Part shown: one piece after another, positions 14,381 through 26,369 of the stretch
How the letters are laid out: the number at the start of each line of letters is the position of its first letter
Position numbering within the stretch: position 1 is the stretch's first letter
Assembly (NCBI RefSeq): GCF_026210795.1
Contig: NC_089429.1
Coordinates: 5,828,001 to 5,892,000 of the forward strand
Direction of reading: 5' to 3'
DNA length: 64,000 bases
From: Rhizophagus irregularis
Lineage: Eukaryota
The notes under the pieces: model-generated
Database searches by the model: none
Seen by the model: the letters and a program-made list of their open reading frames with translations, nothing else
What the model was told of the DNA's origin: nothing
Made by a program: the position numbers and the translations under genes

Positions 14381-14960
14381 AGAACCCATTATCAGGATCG
14401 CCTTTCTATCATTCCTCAAGCAAATGAGGGAACAGCACGTCTTTGGGTAGCCCATTATTACAATCTGTCACCTACAAAAACAAAAGTTGACCTATAAACT
14501 ACAAAAATTCATTTACAAAAATATAAAAACCTATCCCTCCCCGTCGCCTTCTTCTTTTGGTCAATAACAACAACAAAATCCCCGATAAAAAATCGTCATT
14601 GTCATTGAAAGATCCTTGATTTAAATTCTTGCCATGTAACCTATCGTCCGATTCTTCTTGGTAATAGTCATAGTGCCTCCAGGCCTGCGCTTCTTTTATT
14701 CCACTCTTTTGCTTTTATGTGAAAGAATTAATAATAGTATTCTGACTAACATGCCCAATTCATCATTGATTTCCATCCCACCAAACATCATAGCAACCAA
14801 GAAGGCCTCCTGTGATCAGTGGGTCCGGTGCAGGCTTAGCGAAAAGCCTTGAATTTCAAACGGCCAAGAAGGTCTCCCGACACGCCATTCCCAGTTGTGA
14901 CTCAACGAAAAGCCTTGAATGTCAGACGACCGAGAAGGCCTCCCGACATGCCACATTCTC
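14381..14960 (-). pseudogene. Degenerate copy of an unidentified multicopy protein, with a 66-bp tandem duplication
   Basis: The minus strand reads GGLLGCYDVWWDGNQ**IGHVSQ..RHYDYYQEESDDRLHGK, then a probable intron, then ..WATQRRAVPSFA*GMI(fs)GDPDNGF*, with in-frame stops. Direct repeat CGAAAAGCCTTGAAT..GAAGG.CTCCCGACA.GCCA at about 14840 and 14906. Confidence 0.35.
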
Positions 14961-15807
14961 TTCAAACTATCTTCAGTAAAAAAAGATTTTTACTTGTCTA
15001 TCGAATTGTGATGTTTTGATAATTTTGAATCCAAAGATCTTACTTTTCTCATTGACCCCAGAAAATCCCATATGCAAGGTAAGTAATAAAGGTTGAAATT
15101 TTCTTTGTTTTTAATAATGATCCCATTTCGATTATCTCTTCGTAATTTATTACATAATTAGGATAGTTACGTAATTGTTAAAGAAGAGATGTATTATCAA
15201 ACTTCTGGATTAAAAAGAAACCATCAAACAATTAGAAAATAAAAATCACGTTTTTTAAACCAAAAAAGAAACATTTACCTTAAAATTATGGCTCAAACAA
15301 AAAAAGACATCTCAACAGAAATGTCTCGTTATACAGTTCCGTTAATATATTCTGATATGATCTATTCAGATGTATCTTCAAATAATGCTTTTTAATTATC
15401 GTTTCACTTCCTTCTTAATTCCATCTCCCTCGCTCTTTAGTCCAATTTTTATTCACCGATCTCACTATTAGTCGTCCAAAATTAAAATTAAGAATCATTG
15501 ATAACAAATTTTTGAATAAAAAAAGTATACTATAAGGTCAACAGGTTTGCTCAACACAATTATATGTGATGTTGTTTTGCTAATTAAATTGCTTGCTGTC
15601 AGATAGCAAAATAGAAATTCTTTTAATTATGTCATTGTTAAAGGAATATAATTATTATACTAATAATTTTTCTATGGATCGTAAAAATTTTTTAGATAAA
15701 TAGCAATAAATAGAATCAATAATTGATAATTTTGATGAGTTCATAATGTAATGTAAGGAAGTGGAGAAACGATAAAACTGATATTTTCGTTCATCAGAAT
15801 GGGGAAA

Positions 15808-16065
15808 TCAGAATATTTCCTTCTTTTTGGAGGTGGAATAGAAGTAACATTTCTTCACGTAATTTTGAATCCATTTAGTTTGAACAAACCACTCCCACAA
15901 TTTACTTGCCTTGTTAACATCTATTCTATGGAGTTTTTGTGCATCACTCTTACGAAATGGTAATGATTTTTTCATAGCCGTTCTGGCAGAAGAAATTAAT
16001 ATGTATTTGGCTAATGGAGAGAAGCTCTTCCGTAATGGTTGGTTAGAAATGAATCAAAACTGGGC
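15808..16065 (-). pseudogene. SWIRM-domain gene fragment (Fun19/YOR338W-like)
   Basis: 16014->15808 reads LAKYILISSARTAMKKSLPFRKSDAQKLHRIDVNKASKLWEWFVQTKWIQ..*. FRKSDAQK..RIDVNKASKL is the SWIRM C-terminal signature. The upstream frame is interrupted by TGA, and the putative upstream exon (donor GTAATT near 16158) contains stops. Confidence 0.75.
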
Positions 16066-16538
16066 TTGAGAAATATAAAAAAATTACGTTATTTAATATT
16101 CTATGTTATGAAATTAAGTACGTTTCAAGAAAAGAGATTGAAGTTTTTCTTTTAACACGTTAAAAAAATAGAATTACCTGAAACTTTTGAATATATTTTT
16201 CTAATATCACGATATATATTAGCATTAAAATAAAATATCCTTCTTCAATACCATCAGGAATGATTTACAATACTTTTTCCTTGAAAATTTCACAAATTCT
16301 TTATTCGATAGTTGTTTTTTCATCTAAATTTTTTTTTTCAATATGCAAGTGGTGACGTCAATAATTGCGACACAAATTTCTAAGCCACGCAGATCACAAT
16401 TTTTTTCATTATATAACGCTTTTCAGATCATCAATCAACATTTCTTAGATTTCTGAAAACTGGAGCCGGTGATGCTATAAATACTTATAAAACATGATTT
16501 TTTTTTAAGAGACAATGAAATAAATTTTAAGGTAGCAT

Positions 16539-16649
16539 ATTGTACTATATATTTATGTGCTATTATACAAAATTTTTTTATTATAATATACTAATTGTAC
16601 TATATATTTATGTGCTATTATACAAAATTTTTTTATTATAATATACTAA
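16539..16649. repeat. Perfect 55-bp tandem duplication
   Basis: A 55-bp unit beginning ATTGTACTATATATTTATGTGCTATTATAC occurs twice in tandem, at 16539 and 16594. Confidence 0.9.
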
Positions 16650-16719
16650 TGATCAAATTTTTACGTTTTTAAAGATAAAAAAAGATTAAATACGATTGAT
16701 TGTCTTCAACAGCAAATAG

Positions 16720-16850
16720 TAGAGCTGCGACCCGTTACCGGGTATACTCGGATATTTATGAGTACCTGGATAATGGAGTAGCAACTAGCAAATGGGTAAA
16801 AATGGCCGTTTTGTATCCGTTTTTATGTTGATACAGGTATTGCTCGGGTA
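16720..16850. mobile_element. MITE fragment (TAGAGCTGCGACCCGTTACC terminus; same family as 29075-29189)
   Basis: The terminus matches the ends of the 29075-29189 element; internal GGGTA/TACCC motifs. Only one end is recognisable. Confidence 0.5.
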
Positions 16851-18269
16851 AATTGTATTATTAGTAGTTTGATAAGTTCATTAGGTGTTTATTTACTTAT
16901 TATTGTGCAATAATTATATATTTTTTACTATGAAAATTAAACATCTCAATATTGTGTAGAATTATTTGAACGAGGATTCACGTAAAATCAAAGCGGTAAA
17001 ATATTTTTTTATTTCGAATTTTATGTTATAATCTTATTACAGGTATTTCTTCAATATTCTTTTATTTATTTTATTTTATATATATATATATATATTTAAC
17101 AAGTAAATACAATTAATTAATGAATATAATCTTTAAATTAATTGATAGTTATTTACTTCGGATATTACGCTTATTATGAGATTCTACGAAAAAAAAATAA
17201 GAATATGGCTCGTTATGTGATTATCAATCATTTTTATGATGGCAATAATTAGCCGATGATGTCCTTTAATCTCAATGATGTATCCTAGTTTCCTTTTAAG
17301 ATTCGTTATTAAGACACGTTGAATTTCTTATATAGTGTTTTAAATTAGATACTTACTCTTACTTAAATTAGATACTTATTGTAGTTCATTGAAATTAATA
17401 TATTTCGCATGATGGTAGTGTGTAGTAAGAATTTCTTTATTGTCATCAAATGTATTATGTTGTAATTAAGAGTAAATAAAAGTGGGATCAAAACCTGATA
17501 AACGTATTAAACTATTAATAATGTATTTAAAAATTAGGGTTTTAATCGAATTAAGTATAATCACTCATTGATCGAGTTGTTCAATTAACCGATTGCAAAA
17601 TTTTGTCATTCGATTTAAAATTAGATTGATAATTCGATCAAGTCAGCCATGATTGAATGATATAAAAATATGATAATTGTGATTTAAAATTATATAGAAT
17701 ACCTATTATGTATCATTGTTTAGTCTATTTTTTTTTCTTTTACCCTATGATAATGTTAAATTAGGAATCGATCTATTTGAAGTTCAAGGAGACATTAATT
17801 ATTTCAGTAAGAGATCATACTGTTGTGAAATTTATATAGCCAATCAACTGGTACTTGTGTAAATCAAATTTATAAATAAATTTTTTTTTTTGTTTCATGA
17901 AATATAACGTCTTTCTCTCTTTTTTAAAAAAAATTTTTGAGTTGCAAAAATATATAAAGTTTTTTCACTTCGCTTCGGACTAAAAAAATCGTATCAAAAA
18001 AAAAAATAATAATAAAATAATATGAAATAAAAAAAATCATGTTTCTCATTCTACAAACATTCTTTTCACTAATATTTCAACATAAAAAAAGAGAATAAAT
18101 TTTATATATTTATGGTTTATGCCTCTTATTATTCAAAAGGTATGCTACTTATATGCTTCTTTTTTATAAATAATTTATACGCACGAATATATCACTAATA
18201 TTCCTCTTTCAAATTCGTTCATATAAAAGAACAAGTTAAACCGAAAATACTATTAATAATAGTCCACCT

Positions 18270-18416
18270 AAATAGAATTATCTAAAATATACAAGAAATC
18301 CCGTTCTACATTGCTTGCGATAAACCTCATCCTCAAATATCAATTATATATTTGAGGACGAGGTTTACCGCCAGAATATGACGGAATTTCCTGTATATTT
18401 TAGATAACTCTGTTTT
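18270..18416. repeat. Long imperfect palindrome (about 70-bp arms, about 7-nt loop): fold-back element or hairpin RNA source
   Basis: The left arm AAATAGAATTATCTAAAATATACAAGAAATCCCGT..GCGATAAACCTCATCCTCAAATAT pairs with the right arm ATATTTGAGGACGAGGTTTACCGC..ACGGAATTTCCTGTATATTTTAGATAACTCTGTTTT. Confidence 0.85.
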
Positions 18417-19841
18417 ATAAGGAAATTTCTGTTTCTTACTAAATTAAAAAAAGGCAAGTATTTAATCGTGATCTTTATGATAATGATATTTATTAAATAT
18501 TCAGTGTTATTTATTAATATCTTGTTAAATTATAAAATTAGAAATAAAAGAAGTATATGACGTTTAATAGTATTCATAGTATCACAATTCTTTACCTCAA
18601 GGTATTTTTTTTTATTAACCTACTTTTTGTATTTTAGATTATAAAATTTATTAATCTTATGTAATTATAGTACCAGTCAAAGTACGAAGAACGTAGAGGG
18701 ATTAATTATTTCGATTATATGGAAGTAGAGAAATTTTTTATTAAATATAATATACGCGACATTTCAGATCACGCGTCATGTAAAATAGAATATTTCCTAT
18801 TTTATCATTTAACAAATAGTCAAATAGTTTATTTTAATATCGTGCTAGTGCTATGATTATAGGTGGAAGCGGTATTGGTAACTAGAGAAGATAGGTGGCG
18901 GCTAGGGGAGAGGGATCAATAGATTTTTTTTTTCAAATTATCAGCCAAAACTCAAAAACCAGAAAGCGGATCGATGATTTTTCTACGAATAACAGGATGA
19001 AGAGGAAGAAGTCGAGAAAAAGGAAAAGTCGTGGTTCAGATTCCATATAAATTTCTCTGTATTAGTAAAAGTTGGCGATTTTATTTTTTTCTCATAATTT
19101 ACTGCACCCATAAAAGAAGTTTTTCAATTTTTCGTTTTGAAATACTCTGGAAAAAAGAAATTTACGTTTATTAATAATATTAAATTATTATTTGGATTTT
19201 TTAATTATTTAATAAAATCACACTATTCAATATGAATATGATTTTACAAAGAATCTTTGAAACGAATGAATATATGTTGGGAGATTTATTTAATAATATA
19301 ATGAGGAAATAAAAATAGGTAAAAAAACCTGACAATTGGGACTGAGCATAGCGTGAACGAAAGTAAGTTGAATTAAACGTAAGTTATTTTTTTTCAAATT
19401 TATTACAATATATTTAATATATTTTCTATTTTTTCTTTTGTAGAACATAATACAATATGAGTTTGATGTAAATGATTTCAAAGGTATTATTTGATAATAT
19501 CAATAAGCATTAATTTCAATTAAGATAAAGGTATGTGATTTAGGCAACGCAAACTCTACAAGTAAATTTCCTTGATTTCCGCTAATCTGAAAAGTTTTAT
19601 TAATATTTAATTTCAGGATATTTGATATTCTTTTTTTTATTTAACACGCCACGCCAAACACGCCATGCCATTTATAATTATTGTATATTTTATTATATTT
19701 AAATAAACATATAGAAATAATAAATAAAAAAAAATTAAAATTACATTATACCTCTAAATTAAGTTAACCAATCCTCTAAATAAATAATTATTTATATATT
19801 TGTAACATTTTTACATAAAACCTTTAAATGAGAAATTACAT

Positions 19842-20688
19842 TTAAACTAAGTCAAAAAGAACAAATTCTGCAGCTTCTTTACCAACAGATTCAAAAATAA
19901 CTTCTTCACCACTAACGACTTCGGTAATGAAAGCGCCATCACCTGGTTTCAATGTAGTGCCATCATTAATTTTTAATTGACCACCTGTACTAGTTAAATG
20001 AACATATAACCTTCTAGTTTTATCTTCACCACTTAAAGATTTTTGAACCGTATGTGCAACTTTATTTTCAGGTTGCAATATACTGGCAAACATATGAAAA
20101 TCTGTATGAATTCCAATCGTCTTCGAATCTTGTTCAGATGCCGGAGAAATTATATGAATTAAATTATTGGTTTTAAGAGAATCAGGATACGTTTTCGTAT
20201 TATAAGCTGGGGTAAGATTTTTATCATCGGGTGAAACCCAGATTTGAAGAAAATGAACAGGATGAATTTTATTTATGTTATATTCAGAATGCGATATTCC
20301 TGTTCCAGCAGTTGTGAATTGAACATCACCACGTTTAAGAATTTCTACATTTCCCATTGCTATTAAAAGATAAAAAAAAATTTTAATAAATACTGTGTAC
20401 ATTTCTTATTTTATTGTAACTAAAAAAATTTCACATGTAATACTCACAATCTTTATGTTGCAATTCACCAGAAATAATATATGAGAAAATTTCAAATTCA
20501 TGATGTGGATGTTTTCCAAAACCATTATCAGGCTGTACAATATCTTCATTAATTACACGTAATGCGCCAAAACTTTTATAATTTGGATCATAATAATCAG
20601 CGAATGAAAATGTATGATGAGTATCTAACCACCCATGATTTGCATAACCACGTTCTTTAGAAGGACGTAAGACAATTCTTGCAACCAT
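19842..20688 (-). CDS. Pirin-family bicupin (YhhW/quercetin 2,3-dioxygenase-like), 252 aa, 2 exons
   Basis: Exons 20688-20448 and 20359-19842; the GTGAGT..TAG intron at 20447-20360 restores HKD-S-MGN. Motifs: RGYANHGWLDTHHTFSFADYYDP, FGALRVINED, GFGKHPH..FEI.SY, AGTGISHSE, FLQIW. The metal ligands H-x-H..H-x-E are intact. Confidence 0.95.
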
Positions 20689-22109
20689 GATATTTAAATT
20701 TATGTTTGTTTTTAATGAACTATTAAAGAATTCTTTTCTTTGATTAAATAAAATATTGATATTATAGATTTTTCTTCTTGAATATTGAAATAATTGTTCT
20801 GTTGGAGAAGAGAATGAATTTATCGAGTTTTTTGGCCATGGTATTTATACTTTTTTGACAGTGATACATTGTAAACAAAAAAACTGGATTTGTAAGATGA
20901 TTTCCAATTAATGATGATTTGATTAATAAGAATATTTTTTCTGGGTGACTTTTCAAAAAATAAAATAATTCTTAGATATTACTCATAAAAATGCAAAGGC
21001 GGATTTAATTTATAAAGGATTTCAGATTAAAAAGATAAAGAATTACTAAGTATTCTTTTCTTTTTCTTGCAAAAGAAGGTATTTGAATTTATAATATCAC
21101 GTGGTCAGATTTTTCAATGACAAATCCAGTAACACATGTATTAGTAATACGTTTTGTATTATTATTACGATATGTTGATCTTTTTATACTTGGTCACGCC
21201 TAGGGTATATCAGGCGGGGGAGTTGGATCAACTCGCATTCGCTTAATTTAGTTTTGTTTTTGTAATTCGTGCTTTTAACATTTGCTTGTAATCATCCCAG
21301 TTCCTGCCTATATTATAAAAATAAAAATAAAATAAAAAAGTAATACGTTTTTGGCCATGAGCCCATGACATATAATGATCATCATAATTTGTAGCTATTA
21401 TTATTTTACACTACGAATAAATTAATAAAATTTAGTTAATAAAAGAATATTTAAATTAATAATGAAAATTAAGAGGTGTTCCTTTAAGAATATCATAAAC
21501 AATTGATATATGAAATTTTATAACAATTCCATCGTGAAATTCAATCAAGTATTTGGACAATAATTCAGAATAAATAGTAACATGATCCCTATAAAAAAAA
21601 AAAGAAAATTGTATTACAAATATAGATAATAAGGTATTTCTGACTTTTGAGAGATATTTTGAATATTTTGACCTAAAAAATTTTTGATTTTTTTCTAATT
21701 CAAAAAAAAATGTATAGATAATCCTTTCATAAAAAATGTATTTCGCGATATGATGATGCTAGAAATAAATTGAGTGTATTTTGTTGAGTTGTTGGATATG
21801 TTGTATTGACAGGTACATTGGTATTTCACAGATAGTACATTCCATTATTTCCATATTTCCAGATATTTATTTGTGTGAAAAGCAGAGGCTAAATTACCTT
21901 ACTCTCTGTTTTTACAAAAAAAAAGAAACTGCATTATCAAGATATCACGAAAATTCATGCTATGACTATACTTGTTACTAGATAATACTATGAGTACCTG
22001 TATACAAAGGTTACATTATGTTTTGTGGTAGCTGGACGATTTAACCGTATCTTAATGGCAACAATGATGATACAATTTACTCATTCAACAAGACGGAAAA
22101 AAGACAGTA

Positions 22110-22222
22110 TTATGAACAGGAGATGCATGGTAGAGTTGATTTAATTGGTGAATATAGAAATAAAATTAGTAGTGCAGTGTAAGAACTTCACCGAAAACAA
22201 AGTCACATTAGAGAATTTATTG
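22110..22222 (+). pseudogene. Degenerate Mrr-like (PD-(D/E)XK, QCK-type) endonuclease domain fragment
   Basis: Across frameshifts it reads TGD..(G)RVDLIGEYRNK / LVVQCKNFTENKV / HIREFI, followed by a GTATGT donor. This fits the GDxGxD..xxQCK..V...IREF pattern. Confidence 0.45.
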
Positions 22223-24547
22223 TATGTATTTGTAATTATTTGAAATTTAGTAAATCTTATATGATCTTAGACTTATGTTATTAAAATTGAAAGTGTGGAG
22301 TTTGATACAAGAGAGGTGGGAAAAGTTGTCACTTTATCTTTATTTGGAATTGATGAAGGGTAAAGATTGCTTAAATAATATAAAATTTAAATGTAACTGT
22401 TAAACTAGAAAATTAGGTATAAATTTTTTTTTTATAATAATTAATTAATAAACTTGCTGCAACATGATGTTATGATGAATATAAGTATACTCATATTTAA
22501 TTGTTTCGAATTGGTCGTGTACAATCCTCTGATTTTGCGTTGATTATTGATGGTCTTTTACGTCCCATAGCCTTCTTTAATCAACTAGCTTATGTGTAGC
22601 ACAATAGTGTGAAGTTTTTGAATCTTTTAGACCGAATAAAGCTCCTTTTCTACAACTAAAATGCTTACAGTGTTGTAGCATTTTTTATAAACTTTCATTT
22701 TTTAACTCTAGTCAGCATAGTGAGATTATTAAAGGATAGGATATCAACCATCAATAAAAAATATGCAGATAATCCGCAGTTATTTATTTCTAATTGTGTG
22801 TTCATCTATTGCATGAAATTCACACTATTATAAAAAAGCTTCCTTGGGAAACATCTTTTGCAAATGGAATGCATCATATCAGATTACATATCCTCTTTAT
22901 ATTGCGCAATTATTAATTGATTTTATTGGATATGTATATTTTTCAATACATTTATATTAAGCATATCTAAGTTAAAAATTTTTTTACTAAATAATTACTT
23001 TTATGAGAATTGTTAACGTTACGTTCATTCTGTTTATACAGTCAGCCAGTCAGCAACTCATTACAGCTTAACGTTTGCCCACTTGTGCATAAGTTGAACA
23101 TATAATGTTTCTAACATTTTAAAAATTATGAGATATTATTAATCTATGCCAAATTTGGTGGTAAAAGAAACTTTTTTTTTGATTAATTAATTAATAATTA
23201 CTAATTACTTTTTTATTTATATATATACAGTATATATATATATTTTCGTCAGATCGGGTTCAGCGAGTTGCTGCGGTGAAATGGTAATCGCTGGCTTGTT
23301 TCATTTTGGTATTTTTTTTTATATTTCTATATTTAATTTATCTTGGATGAGTTGAATCGGATTCAACGAAATACTTTAAGCATCAATTCTATTTCAAAAC
23401 TTTTTTTTTTTAATTTCTCTATTTAATTTTACCGATATTTTTTTTAATTTTTCTTTTCGTCGAAAACTCATGGATCAGATGTCTGTGGTACTGGGAACCA
23501 GATGCACTTACTGCTGCGGTGCCATGATAAGCGCTGACTACCATTAAAATATTAATAAGATGACCACAAAAACAATGTTAAATATTGGCAAAATTCATTG
23601 AACCATTGAGAATTATTCCATCAGAAGTAATCATGATGCAATGTCAAATACTTATGTGTAAAAATATCGGAATATGCGGTTCAGGAGGTTTAAATTACGA
23701 TTACTACCAATATAATTGTTGTAATTCCGGAATTTGGCTAAACGAATATTATAATAAATTTCTATTTTTTACTTACTGTAGTACCCAACTTTTTTTTTAT
23801 TTTTTTAAACGCGCGTAACGATTGAATCACGTGATAAGCTCTGCTGTTAAATGAGGAAATTAACAAAATTATTCTTAAATTTTTTTCTTTACTTATTAGT
23901 TAATTATGCAAATACATAATTTTAATACTTCAAAAATTTAAAAAATCTTAACTATCGTAATCTGAATTACAGTAGAATAATTCCCTAATTATTTGCATCT
24001 TATTAACTCGTCAAAAATCTTTGATCTTTTACTAATATCTACTCACAAATGTTATTTAATTTGAATTATAAATTTGGATTAATTAATTTTCATTTAATTG
24101 AATGATAATTGAAATTTGGAAAATGTCTTAATAGATAGTTTATTTCAACATGATAACAAATTTTCAGAATAAATACTCTCATTATATCCGAAGGTCGTTA
24201 GTCCCCTGTTTTTGAAAAAAGTATATGCAAAGTGATCACTTTTTTAATACGAGCCCCTAAATATATTAATGTCGAATAAATTAGTTGTACCAAATGTCAT
24301 CAAAAAGTAACGTCAGAACTTTAGTTTACAAATGATCACAATTTTAAAATATTTTTTTTATAAACAATAAATTTCTAAATAATTTTTTTTTTATATAAAC
24401 AATAACAGTAATTCAAAATATTCCGATTTATCCTCAAACATGAAATGAATAACAATAAATTATTTTCTCTAAATAATTCTTTAAACGTATTATATTGTAA
24501 TGTAAATTTACGAAAAAAAAATAATAAAAAGAAATAGCTAACAAAAT

Positions 24548-25809
24548 TTAATATTTAGTACTGATGAAGTCCAATGGACGACTAAAATATATGGCTCCTT
24601 CGTGACGTGATGAAGACTTAAGATTTAACTTTTCCAAATTTACGAATGGAATTTCAGTATTATCAAATTGACTTGGTAAATCGGAAACCCATTTTCCTAA
24701 ACGTTTGTAAAGTTGGGATGCTGTTGGTCTATTCGATGGATCTGCATCTAAACATTGTAGCATTAATTTAGCGAAAGAAGGTGGAGTTCCACTAACATCA
24801 CTTGGTCTTAATCCTGAGCAAATTTGTTGTATGAGTTTTGAATCATGGGGTCTATCACAATAAGGACGTATACCACTTGATAACATCCACATGATCATAC
24901 CAAAACTATAGATATCGGATTCTTTTGTTGGTGTATCTCCATCAAATATTTCCGGGGCAACGAATGGTATTACACCATAAATTTGCGATATCTGTTTGTT
25001 AAAAGGTCCATGTAATCCGGTATCAGCGATTTTAGCATCAATTGTATTTATATTTCTTCTAACTAATATATTTCCTCCGTGTACGTGTCCATGAATAAGA
25101 CCAGATTCATGAATGACATTGAGACCCGTGGATATTGACCATAACATATCTACAATATCTTTCCAGAAGAGAATTCCCATAGATTCATCGAGATACGAAT
25201 ATAAGTTTCCTTTTTCATAGTATCTCATAACGAACATGTAACATGATGTTGGATCTTTAGTCATGCCAAAATAATTTGCAAGCGCTCCATTTTGTAAACA
25301 TTTGTAATATCTATATAACTTTTTTTTTTTAGATTAAAAAGAAAAATCAAAATTACTAGGCGATAATGCTGGCTGACTTGATATAAAAGTTATAAAAGTA
25401 CAAAAATACTTACTTGAGTTATAAATTCTTGACTCATGTTTTGAGAATTATCTAAACGCTTTAGGATAACTTTAGTTGGACCACTACGAATCCATAATTC
25501 AGCTTCTTCATCAAGATTCCATCTGGGTCCCTCCATCCATACTGCAGAATAAATTGAGCTGAAAGAACCTCGTTTATTAATATTTTTGATCAAATCAAAT
25601 TGTTCAAAATCAATCCATTCTAAATAGTCCATACTTTCATTAGCGTTTAATTGGGTATTTCTAATAAATTCGTTTATTATGGAATTTCCACTGGTCCATC
25701 TATGAAAATTTTCTTTTAAAAATGCAATATCACAATTTTTACACCACGCTACAGTTGATAGTTGTCGTGTGCAATCAGAGCAATTGCCGCATAAACCTTC
25801 TAAAACCAT
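24548..25809 (-). CDS. Tyrosine-kinase-like protein, paralog of 12340-13625; probable pseudokinase (388 aa, 2 exons)
   Basis: Exons 25809-25414 and 25318-24548; a phase-0 GTAAGT..AG intron at 25413-25319 lies at the same position as in the paralog (FITQ|LYRYYKCL). Motifs: CSDC..WCKNC, RWTSGNSIINEFI, KVILKRL, HGHVHGGNIL, ADTG, PFVAPE, SDIYSFGMIMW, DPSNRPTA. Confidence 0.92.
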
Positions 25810-26369
25810 AAGAGCAGTTTAGATTAAAGGAACTCGTGCAAAACTTTTCTTAAAAATTATAACAATTTCCTTATATGATAATTAACTAAAGTTTTTACAT
25901 ATTACAAAAAATGACATTTTTTTAAATAAATCATCAATTTTTACGATATATTTAATTTGCCATAGAAATGATCGGCATTTTTGTAATATAAATTTCTGTT
26001 TTACGACAATTTTAAAAACGTTAACATAACGATAAGGCGACTATTCTAAATTTATTTAAATGTTTTTTTTTATACCTATACTGTATATAGAAGACCCGAT
26101 GAAGATGTATGTGGCGTTACATACAATTAACGGATGTTGATCGAGGTTTATAGTCATGTGACTGCGTTTTATAATTAGCTAAGTAATCATAAAATGATCC
26201 GAGTATCACTTATAAACAACACTGGATTTACTCCCTTTCCACAAGAAAAAAAATGCGCAAAATACACAACGGTACTATGGATTTTCTCTAAGTATTCCTT
26301 ATGATAGGGATTTACGACCCGGGTGCGTTCTCATAAATTTTACCAATTTATTGATATTGTTCTCTACTC

